From positions 138,230 through 202,229 of the forward strand of contig JAPLLX010000003.1 of assembly GCA_026387335.1 (NCBI GenBank): 64,000 nt of DNA. Direction: 5' to 3'. The notes under the pieces were generated by a model. The model saw nothing but the letters and a program-made list of their open reading frames with translations, did not search any database and was not told the DNA's origin. Numbering within the stretch: position 1 is the first letter of the stretch; every line of letters begins with the position of its first letter. Source of the stretch: Candidatus Omnitrophota bacterium (lineage in GTDB: Bacteria > Omnitrophota > Gorgyraeia > Gygaellales > Profunditerraquicolaceae). The translations under genes and the position numbers were made by a program. Below are positions 39,008-46,870 of this stretch, one piece after another.

Positions 39008-39724
39008 CTACAAGTCCAGTCCTCTGGAACTATTTGTTAGAAATTTATTTTTTATATCTCGAATAACGATATCATTACCTTGCATTTGTTGTGGTGATAT
39101 TTCGAATTCAAATCTTGTATCGCCATTGACAATAACAAAAGCTTTACCGCTTATTACTTGACTATTTTCAGGAATCTTTACAAACCTTACTTGAATTATA
39201 TCAGATTCTTGAAGTATTTCGATTGGTTTACCTACAGCTGAATAATTGGATTGCATGCGAAAAACTCCTATATAAATAACTTCACCTTTTCCGTTTTGTT
39301 TAGCATCTGATTGCGTATCTGACATTAACAATAGCGGTTGTCTATTTTTCACGAAACAAAGCAACCCGCCAACATCCATATATCGAGTAGATACTTTTTC
39401 GTCAGATTTTATGGTAACTTCAACTTGAGCTTCCGCAGATGCTATTGATTTCTTGAGGGGATTTTCTAGTTCTTGAATTCTTTCGGCTAGTTTTTGTAAC
39501 CTCTCCTGTTCTGAACCTGTGTATTTTTCCAAAGCAATTGTTTTGAATGGTGTTAATTGGGTTTCTAATCGTTGAATTTCGGCTATTTTATCTGAATTTT
39601 CTTTTTCCAATTTCTTAATTACCCCAAGATTTATAATTATTTGGATAATAGCTATTATTAATAAAAATACTCCTGTTACTATTGCAGTTTGAACCGAAGC
39701 CTTTTGATACCATTTCTGAGCCAT
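39008..39724 (-). CDS. Hypothetical membrane-anchored coiled-coil protein (AT-rich cassette)
   Basis: 238 aa with N-terminal TM helix, coiled coil and beta-rich C-terminus; no family recognised. Confidence 0.7.
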   Translation of the reverse strand: MAQKWYQKASVQTAIVTGVFLLIIAIIQIIINLGVIKKLEKENSDKIAEIQRLETQLTPFKTIALEKYTGSEQERLQKLAERIQELENPLKKSIASAEAQVEVTIKSDEKVSTRYMDVGGLLCFVKNRQPLLLMSDTQSDAKQNGKGEVIYIGVFRMQSNYSAVGKPIEILQESDIIQVRFVKIPENSQVISGKAFVIVNGDTRFEFEISPQQMQGNDIVIRDIKNKFLTNSSRGLDL

Positions 39725-39779
39725 AGTTATTTTATTTTTTCATCGTTCTAGGACTGCTTACTTCTAACTTATAAAAACT

Positions 39780-40415
39780 TCAGTTCCTTTTTACTTTAGT
39801 GCTTTTTTCTATCCTATCAAAAGTTATAGTGTTTTCTTTGCCGTCCTTAAGAAATTTCTGTTTGTAGTTATCTTTATCATAATCCTTTTTAATATCGAGT
39901 TTTTTTCCATTGAAATAATAATGAAATCTTTTCTTAATGTGGAATGGGGCTAAAATTCCAGAACCTCTATAAGAATACTCTAAACAATAACTTTTTGGCA
40001 GCAAATCGATATACGAAGCTGGAAAAACATCACCTACCTTGTCTTTATCTAATCTACCGGTTTCTACAGTTACGGTAGCATTAGCAAAAGGAGGGAAATT
40101 ACTTGTTCCCAGCCTTACCCCGCTACTATAAAAACCACTAAGATCTTCAGAGCACTTGTGTATTTCAATAACTACATTATGAAGAGAAGTATCACTGACC
40201 TCTGAAATAAATAAATCTTTATCAATCCTAGCACCTAAAGCAACATTGTATATATCGCGACTGCCATCGTTTCTAAGAATAAAGGTAAAAGAGTTATTTT
40301 TTAAGTTTTGTTCTATCTTAAGAAAAATCCGAGGGTAAAATATCAAATCAAAAATTATACTAAGTAATATAAGTATAGAAACGCCTGCAATCATAGAAAT
40401 TAAAAAAGGCTTCAT
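39780..40415 (-). CDS. Hypothetical membrane-anchored protein (AT-rich cassette)
   Basis: 211 aa, N-terminal TM helix, GAGG SD; no family recognised. Confidence 0.7.
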   Translation of the reverse strand: MKPFLISMIAGVSILILLSIIFDLIFYPRIFLKIEQNLKNNSFTFILRNDGSRDIYNVALGARIDKDLFISEVSDTSLHNVVIEIHKCSEDLSGFYSSGVRLGTSNFPPFANATVTVETGRLDKDKVGDVFPASYIDLLPKSYCLEYSYRGSGILAPFHIKKRFHYYFNGKKLDIKKDYDKDNYKQKFLKDGKENTITFDRIEKSTKVKRN

Positions 40416-40426
40416 CTTATCCTCTC

Positions 40427-40594
40427 TTGTGGATGGCTTGGCTTAGTTTCGGAGCAGGGCGTAACGCAGGCGGAGCGGGCACGGTTCGCCCGCTATTTAA
40501 TAATTAGCGAGAGCGAAGCCGAGTAGCCGAGCGCGATTTTCCACGCTGGGGAAAATCGTGCGGCCCTGCGAGAAACAAGACAAGGCAGACACAA
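40427..40594. repeat. Structured palindromic element B (inverted copy of A)
   Basis: Core 40452-40570; imperfect outer stem TTGTG...GTTTC / GAAAC...CACAA, different from the outer stem of A. Confidence 0.88.
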
Positions 40595-40623
40595 TTGATA
40601 TCTATATTTTCAAATGAGCAAGA

Positions 40624-40660
40624 GATTGCTTCGGCTGCCTATGGCAGCCTCGCAATGACG
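40624..40660 (-). repeat. CGTC-type REP palindrome, copy 2 (inverted relative to copy 1)
   Basis: Reverse complement CGTCATTGCGAGGCTGCCATAGGCAGCCGAAGCAATC; same frame as copy 1 with a covarying inner stem. Confidence 0.85.
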
Positions 40661-41536
40661 TTATTTAGCTGGTTTTTCTTCCTTCTTCTTCAAGGGTAAA
40701 AAACCGGCCATTTCACCGATTACATTGACTAATTCCGTATTCGCCGGAACGACAATTTTTGCGTTATTCTGCAATGATTTTTCAACAGCTTCTAATTTCC
40801 GCAGCACCTGAGCATTCCCCACAAAATATTCTTCCGCTGCTTCATTGACTAGTTTAATCGCCGTTGCTTCGCCTTCAGCTTCTAAGATTCTTGCCTGCTT
40901 TATACCTTCAGCCTTTTTAATCTCGGCGCGTTTCTGTCCATCAGCAGCAGTTTCGGTGGCGGTAGCAAAATCAATTGCCGCTATTTTTTCATTCTCGGCC
41001 TTGACCACCTTATTCATTGTCTCCTGGACATCTTTAGGAGGATCGATTTCTTTTAATTCGGTCCTGACTATCTCTAAACCCCAGGTTCCGGTTTCACTGC
41101 AAAGAGTATTATGCAACTCCGCGTTAATTTTGCCTCTCTCGCTGTTCGCGGATTTTAGAGTAAGTGTACCGATAATATTTCTTAGGGTTGTGCGGGCGAG
41201 ATTTACAATCTGCCACTGGTAATTATTCACGCTATATTGCGAACTTTTTACACTTTGCTCGTCTGCCTTGACCTTAAAATAAACCTGCGCGTCAACTTTG
41301 GCATTCAGATTATCATTAGTGATGATCTCCTGCGGCTCAGCATCCACCATTTGCTCAGTTGTATTAACCTGATAAATAACTTCGATAAAAGGGAAAATCC
41401 AGTTAAACCCGGGGTTAGCAAAACGGTTATACTTCCCAAATCTTTCCACTAGGCCGCGGTGCGTAGGCCGGACAATCCTGATACCCATAAAGAAAAATAA
41501 AACTACGCCAATAATTATTGCGACTGTAACATCCAT
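40661..41536 (-). CDS. SPFH/band 7 (QmcA/stomatin-like) protein
   Basis: GLVERFGKY, PQEIITNDN, TTLRNIIG, ELKEIDPP and a coiled-coil AEG repeat; start placed at MDVTV after a GGAGG SD. Confidence 0.9.
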   Translation of the reverse strand: MDVTVAIIIGVVLFFFMGIRIVRPTHRGLVERFGKYNRFANPGFNWIFPFIEVIYQVNTTEQMVDAEPQEIITNDNLNAKVDAQVYFKVKADEQSVKSSQYSVNNYQWQIVNLARTTLRNIIGTLTLKSANSERGKINAELHNTLCSETGTWGLEIVRTELKEIDPPKDVQETMNKVVKAENEKIAAIDFATATETAADGQKRAEIKKAEGIKQARILEAEGEATAIKLVNEAAEEYFVGNAQVLRKLEAVEKSLQNNAKIVVPANTELVNVIGEMAGFLPLKKKEEKPAK

Positions 41537-41562
41537 ACCCACCTCCATTTTTACTTACTTAC

Positions 41563-41573
41563 GGGACAGTCCC
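41563..41573. repeat. GGGACAGTCCC mini-palindrome at the purM stop
   Basis: GGGACAGTCCC abuts the purM TAG; the same core occurs in the purL insert. Confidence 0.55.
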
Positions 41574-42571
41574 TAAGCTATGCGCACTTTTTTATTGCCT
41601 TTAACAACTTCTCCGATAATCCAGGATTTTAACTTCTGGCTTTGTAGTTTTAAGATTATAGAATTTACCGACGCAGGCGTAACAATTAAAACCATGCCTA
41701 TGCCCATATTCAAGGTATGATACATTTCGCGTTCGGGTACATTACCCTTATTTTGAATAAGGCGGAATATTTTCGGCACATTCCAGGAATTTTTGTCAAT
41801 CTTAACATCCACATTACCGGGGAGGATCCTGGCGATCTTATCGTAAAAAGCTCCTCCGGTAATATGCGCGATTCCTTTGATAAATTTACTCGGTAATAAA
41901 CTTAAAACCTGTTTTACATAAATGCGCGTGGGCGTAAGCAACTCTTTACTCATCCGCTTAAGTTCGCTGGTAGAAAAAACTTTTCTCACCAATGAATAAC
42001 CGTTGGAATGAATTCCACTTGATTCTAAGCCAATAACCACATCGCCTGCCTGAATGCGGCTTCCGTCAATAATTTTATCCCGCTCAACCACTCCTACGCA
42101 AAACCCGGCAATATCATATTCTCCTGGCCTGTACATCCCGGGCATCTGCGCGGTCTCTCCGCCAATCAGAGAACAACCGGACTGAATACAGCCGTCGTTA
42201 ATGCCTTTTACGACGTCTATTAATACTTCTTCCTTAACTGTGCTGTGAGCGATGTAGTCCAGGAAAAATAACGGCTCAGCGCCCGCGCAGAGAATATCAT
42301 TCACATTCATCGCCACGGCGTCAATGCCTACGCTATCGTGCTTATTCACTAATCCCGCTATTTTTAATTTTGTGCCTACGCCGTCGCTTGAGGAGACCAG
42401 AACCGGATTTTTATATTTATTCTTATCCAGCTTAAAGAAACTACCAAACCCGCCGATATCTTTTAAAACTTCTGCCCGAAAAGATTTTCTAACCAATGGC
42501 TGGAGTTTAGATTTAAACGCGCTTGCGCTGTCTATATCCACCCCTGACTTCTTATAAGTTACTCTTTTCAT
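41573..42571 (-). CDS. purM: Phosphoribosylformylglycinamidine cyclo-ligase
   Basis: YKKSGVDI, DGVGTKL, GGETAQMPG, SSGIHSNGYS, HITGG; start MKRVTY overlaps the purF stop (ATGA). Confidence 0.97.
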   Translation of the reverse strand: MKRVTYKKSGVDIDSASAFKSKLQPLVRKSFRAEVLKDIGGFGSFFKLDKNKYKNPVLVSSSDGVGTKLKIAGLVNKHDSVGIDAVAMNVNDILCAGAEPLFFLDYIAHSTVKEEVLIDVVKGINDGCIQSGCSLIGGETAQMPGMYRPGEYDIAGFCVGVVERDKIIDGSRIQAGDVVIGLESSGIHSNGYSLVRKVFSTSELKRMSKELLTPTRIYVKQVLSLLPSKFIKGIAHITGGAFYDKIARILPGNVDVKIDKNSWNVPKIFRLIQNKGNVPEREMYHTLNMGIGMVLIVTPASVNSIILKLQSQKLKSWIIGEVVKGNKKVRIA

Positions 42572-44013
42572 TTTATAATTTCTCCTTGGCCACAACAATG
42601 CGTCTCCAGCGAAAATTTTCCCTGCCTCTTCTCTGCCCTTACCGGATATTTTCCGGTCCAACAGGCAGCGCAATTCCCGATTCCGGAATTTTTAAAACAA
42701 CCCAGCATCCCCCCGAGGCTTAAATACCCCAGGCTATCCACTTCCATATACTGCCGGATTTTATCTAGCGATTCGTATTTATTGGCGATTAATTCGCTGG
42801 TTTTATGGAAATCAATCCCGTAAAAGCAGGGAAAGCGGTGCGGCGGACAAGATATCCTTAAATGCACTTCTTTAACTCCCGCTTTACGCAAATTGCGCAC
42901 GCGAATCTTGGAAGTTGTTCCGCGCACGATAGAATCATCAACCACGATGATCCGTTTTCCTTTTAGAACATCCCTGAGCAGGTTAAATTTAACCCGCACT
43001 CCTAAATCCCGCGTATCCTGCATCGGCTGGATAAATGTCCTGCCGACATAATGGTTACGGATGATCCCCAATTCTAACGGGATCCCCGATTCCTGAGAAT
43101 AACCCATGGCCGCTGAAAATCCTGAATCCGGAACAGGAACAACAAAATCCGCGTCCACCGGATGCTCCTGCGCAAGTTGGCTGCCTAATTTCCGCCTGAC
43201 TGAATGCACGGTCTCTCCGAAAACAACTGAATCCGGACGGGAAAAATAAACGTGCTCAAAGGTGCAGAAGGCGTGTTTATTGGAATGTAATTCTTTAGGT
43301 TTAATTGACCTTAAACCCGTGTCATTAATGATAACGATTTCGCCGGGTTCAATATCGCGGATATATTTAGCGCCGACTAAATCAAAGGCGCAGGTCTCTG
43401 AAGCTAAGACCCAGGAATTACCCAGCTTGCCTAAAGATAAGGGCCGAAAACCATACGGGTCCCTTATGCCGATAAGGCTGTTATCCGCGATCATAACTAA
43501 AGAATAAGCGCCTTTAATCCTTCTTAAGGCGTAAATAAGGCTATCTTCCAGATTGCGCAATTTGGCCCGGGCCATAAGATGAATAATTATTTCGGAATCG
43601 GTTGTAGTCTGAAAAATTGAACCGGTCTTTTCCAAATACTGGCGCAGTTCCAGAGAATTCACCAGGTTGCCATTATGCGCGATGCAAACCGAACCCTTGG
43701 CATAATCAATTAAAAGCGGCTGGGAATTTTTTAAGACGCTTGAGCCGGTGGTAGAATAACGCACATGGCCCACAGCCATATTTCCCTTGAGCCGGGCTAA
43801 GACCGCCTCATTAAAAACATCGCTGACTAAACCCATTTCTTTATGTATGGATAAAACGCCTTTGTTATTGGCGACAATTCCGCAGGCTTCCTGGCCCCTA
43901 TGCTGTAACGCGTAGAGCCCAAGATAAGTAAGCCAACTGGCGTGTTTATTATTATTTATCCCGAATAAACCGCAATACTCCTTAGGTTCATCGTTATTAT
44001 TTTCTTTTGGCAT
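42568..44013 (-). CDS. purF: Amidophosphoribosyltransferase (canonical: propeptide, Cys nucleophile, Fe-S cysteines)
   Basis: KEYCGLFG, LQHRGQE, GHVRYST, AHNGNL, PVPDSG, VDDSIVRGTTS. Confidence 0.96.
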   Translation of the reverse strand: MPKENNNDEPKEYCGLFGINNNKHASWLTYLGLYALQHRGQEACGIVANNKGVLSIHKEMGLVSDVFNEAVLARLKGNMAVGHVRYSTTGSSVLKNSQPLLIDYAKGSVCIAHNGNLVNSLELRQYLEKTGSIFQTTTDSEIIIHLMARAKLRNLEDSLIYALRRIKGAYSLVMIADNSLIGIRDPYGFRPLSLGKLGNSWVLASETCAFDLVGAKYIRDIEPGEIVIINDTGLRSIKPKELHSNKHAFCTFEHVYFSRPDSVVFGETVHSVRRKLGSQLAQEHPVDADFVVPVPDSGFSAAMGYSQESGIPLELGIIRNHYVGRTFIQPMQDTRDLGVRVKFNLLRDVLKGKRIIVVDDSIVRGTTSKIRVRNLRKAGVKEVHLRISCPPHRFPCFYGIDFHKTSELIANKYESLDKIRQYMEVDSLGYLSLGGMLGCFKNSGIGNCAACWTGKYPVRAEKRQGKFSLETHCCGQGEIIK

Positions 44014-45421
44014 TTTTTACTCCGTTTTTTGGCTCTTTACCTAACCAACAGTATAAGCAAAGTTTATTTTCCGGCAGGCCTATCGCCGCGATCATATCCT
44101 TTAACTTCTGGTATTTTAAAGTAGTCGCTCCCAAATCTTTGTTAATCCATTCTACCATTTTTTTATGTTCGCCAGAATTTTCATTCAGGTATTTGGATAA
44201 ATTCTTGGTATCGCTTCCCGTAAGGGCCTTGATGGCTTTACGCGCCGCCAGTTCGTGGATGCTGCGGGTGGAATAATTGTATTTACAGGGAAACATTAAT
44301 GGCGGACAGGCTATCCTTAAATGCACTTCCTTGGCCCCGTTTTCTTTAAGCTTACGTATCGTATAATTTTTTAGCTGTGTGCCGCGCACAATGGAATCAT
44401 CGCAAAAAACCAGGCGTCGGCCTTTAATGATCTCCAGAATGGGGATTAATTTCATCTTGGCGATTAAATCGCGCTGCTCCTGGGTAACCGGCGTATAGCT
44501 GCGGTCATACCCGGGAGTATATTTTATTAACGGCCGGCGCAGCGGTATCCCGGATTCCATACTATAGCCTATGGCGTGGGCTGTCCCTGAATCCGGAATG
44601 CCGGCGACCATATCGGCGTCTATAGTGTCGGATTTTGCCAACATGCAGCCGCAGCGTTCCCTGGACATCTCCACATTTATATTCTCATAACAAGAAGCCG
44701 GAAATCCCGTATAAATCCATAAGAAAGAGCAGATCTGGTTAGTCTTGGCGCCTTTACGTTTTAGCTTAATCCCGGACTCATCAAGCAAAACTATTTCGCC
44801 CGGCTCAAGATACTTCACAATTTTATAACCTAAGTTTAAAAAGGCGGAGGTTTCGGTGGTCACTGCCCAATCCTTGCCTTTCTTACCGACGATTAACGGC
44901 GTTAATCCGAACCTGTCCCGGGCAGCGTAGATCCCGTCCTTATTTAATAATAATAACGAGCATGACCCTTCAATTTTAAGGAACATTTTTTCAATACCGC
45001 TGACAATATTTTTTCCGCGGATAAGCATTTTAGCGATCAGCTCGGTAAAGTTTACCCGGCCGGAGGTGACTTCGCTAAAAGACTTCCCCTCCTTAAACAG
45101 CTCTTTGGCTAACTTCTCGGCATTATCAATATACCCATTGGTAATAATGGCGAACGGCCCGAATTTGGAATTTATCACCACCGGCTGTTCGTCTCTGGCG
45201 CTGATGGCGCCTATGCCTTTAGCCCCTTCCATATTTTTATAGTCTTCGTGAAATTTAGCCTTAAACTGGCTGCCCCTGATATCGTGGATTTTGCGCTGTA
45301 ATCCTTTTCCGAATACGGCTAACCCGGCAAATTGCGTGCCCAGGTGCGAATGATAATCCGTGCCATAATATAAATCCTCAAGGCAGTGTTTCTTGGAAAT
45401 TACCCCAAATATACCGCTCAT
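43997..45421 (-). CDS. Amidophosphoribosyltransferase-like paralogue with Ser in place of the catalytic Cys
   Basis: MSGIFG start, RDRFG, IPDSG, DDSIVRGTQ, IACPP, LCLYCW. Confidence 0.85.
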   Translation of the reverse strand: MSGIFGVISKKHCLEDLYYGTDYHSHLGTQFAGLAVFGKGLQRKIHDIRGSQFKAKFHEDYKNMEGAKGIGAISARDEQPVVINSKFGPFAIITNGYIDNAEKLAKELFKEGKSFSEVTSGRVNFTELIAKMLIRGKNIVSGIEKMFLKIEGSCSLLLLNKDGIYAARDRFGLTPLIVGKKGKDWAVTTETSAFLNLGYKIVKYLEPGEIVLLDESGIKLKRKGAKTNQICSFLWIYTGFPASCYENINVEMSRERCGCMLAKSDTIDADMVAGIPDSGTAHAIGYSMESGIPLRRPLIKYTPGYDRSYTPVTQEQRDLIAKMKLIPILEIIKGRRLVFCDDSIVRGTQLKNYTIRKLKENGAKEVHLRIACPPLMFPCKYNYSTRSIHELAARKAIKALTGSDTKNLSKYLNENSGEHKKMVEWINKDLGATTLKYQKLKDMIAAIGLPENKLCLYCWLGKEPKNGVKNAKRK

Positions 45422-45432
45422 TTATCTTCTCC

Positions 45433-46212
45433 TCACAGATGCTTCCTGCAATATGCTACCCCGTTTTTAAAAATACCTAACCCGTCTCCCTGTTTTTTAT
45501 TCTTCAAACTGAACCAGCGCGGATGCTGATGAATTTCAATGTGCCTTTCCGGATGCGGCATAAGCCCTAAAATCCTGCCTGTCGCATCAGTAATACCGGC
45601 GATATCTTCCAGCGAGCCATTGGGGTTATCCGGATAGCTACCAGGCTTTCCCCGCGCGTCGCAATATTTAAAAATAATCTGGCTGTTTTTTTTAAGCTTA
45701 TTCAAAATAGAATTATCTTTTACAATAAATTTACCTTCGCCGTGGGCAACCGGCAAATAAATAATCTGCGGGATATTCTTGGTCCAAATACATTTACCGC
45801 TACTTTTTAGATACACCCAGCGGTCTTCAAATTTTCCTGAATCATTAATAATAAGGCTTGTGTCCTGTTCAGAATTCGCATTCCCAGGGAGTAAACCGCT
45901 CTTAACTAAAATCTGAAAACCATTACAAATTCCGATAATTAATTTACCTTCGTTAACAAATTGCCTTAGCTCTTCTCCTAACTTACACTTTAACTCATTG
46001 GCAAAGACCTTACCTGAGGCAATATCATCCCCGTAACTAAACCCTCCGGAGAAAGCCAGGATTTGATAATCCGCCAGGCTCTTCTTTTCCCCAATAAGAT
46101 CATTTATATGGACGAACTCGCTCTCTGCCCCGGCTTTAGCGAAAGCAAAAGCAGTCTCTTTATCGCAATTGGTCCCGGCTGTCCTGATTACACAAACTTT
46201 AACCTTGCGCAT
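45433..46212 (-). CDS. purQ: FGAM synthase glutaminase subunit
   Basis: GTNCD, GGFSYGD, GICNGFQ, AHGEG, NPNGS, MPHPER. Confidence 0.96.
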   Translation of the reverse strand: MRKVKVCVIRTAGTNCDKETAFAFAKAGAESEFVHINDLIGEKKSLADYQILAFSGGFSYGDDIASGKVFANELKCKLGEELRQFVNEGKLIIGICNGFQILVKSGLLPGNANSEQDTSLIINDSGKFEDRWVYLKSSGKCIWTKNIPQIIYLPVAHGEGKFIVKDNSILNKLKKNSQIIFKYCDARGKPGSYPDNPNGSLEDIAGITDATGRILGLMPHPERHIEIHQHPRWFSLKNKKQGDGLGIFKNGVAYCRKHL

Positions 46213-46870
46213 AGAATTTCTTGATTGCCGCGACTACTTCCTTGGGTTTGTCAACTACCGTAAAAATATCCAAATCCGATTTACTGATATTCCCATTAGC
46301 CAGTACAGCTTCTTTCAACCAATCCAACAGCCCGTTCCAATAAACGCTTCCGAACAATATAACGGGAAATTTATTTATCCTCTCGGTCTGAATAAGGTTG
46401 ATCGCCTCAAAAAATTCATCCAGCGTGCCGTAACCTCCCGGCAAAATCACAAACGCCTTGGCGTATTTAACGAACATAACCTTCCTGACAAAAAAATAAC
46501 GAAAATCCAATAGAGTATCCACGTACTCATTTGGTTTTTGTTCGCAAGGAATATGGATGTTTAAACCGACGGAATGTCCCCCTGCCCGGCGCGTTCCCTT
46601 ATTTGCCGCTTCCATCATCCCGGGCCCGCTTCCGGTAATTACGGCGTAGCCTGCCTTGGCCACATGATAAGCGACTTCTTCACCCAATTTATAATATTCT
46701 GTGCCGCGCGTTGTCCGGGCTGAACCGAATATCGAAACAGCCTTACCGATTTTAGAAAGGACCTCAAAGCCTTCCACAAACTCAGACATAATCCGGAATA
46801 CGCGCCAGGGGTCTTCCCGCGTAAAATCGTTAACTAAATCTACCCTACGGATACAAGATTTTTTTACCAT
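46199..46870 (-). CDS. LOG family nucleotide ribohydrolase (TIGR00730-like)
   Basis: FGSAR, GPGMMEAAN, FFVRK.MF, PGGYGTLDE. Confidence 0.9.
   Translation of the reverse strand: MVKKSCIRRVDLVNDFTREDPWRVFRIMSEFVEGFEVLSKIGKAVSIFGSARTTRGTEYYKLGEEVAYHVAKAGYAVITGSGPGMMEAANKGTRRAGGHSVGLNIHIPCEQKPNEYVDTLLDFRYFFVRKVMFVKYAKAFVILPGGYGTLDEFFEAINLIQTERINKFPVILFGSVYWNGLLDWLKEAVLANGNISKSDLDIFTVVDKPKEVVAAIKKFYAQG

Noticed and set aside
38450-41573. Integron cassette array interpretation of the purM-purD insert
   Set aside because: The hairpins lack RYYYAAC/GTTRRRY attC ends, the two long repeats are inverted rather than direct, and no palindrome separates the two orphan genes.
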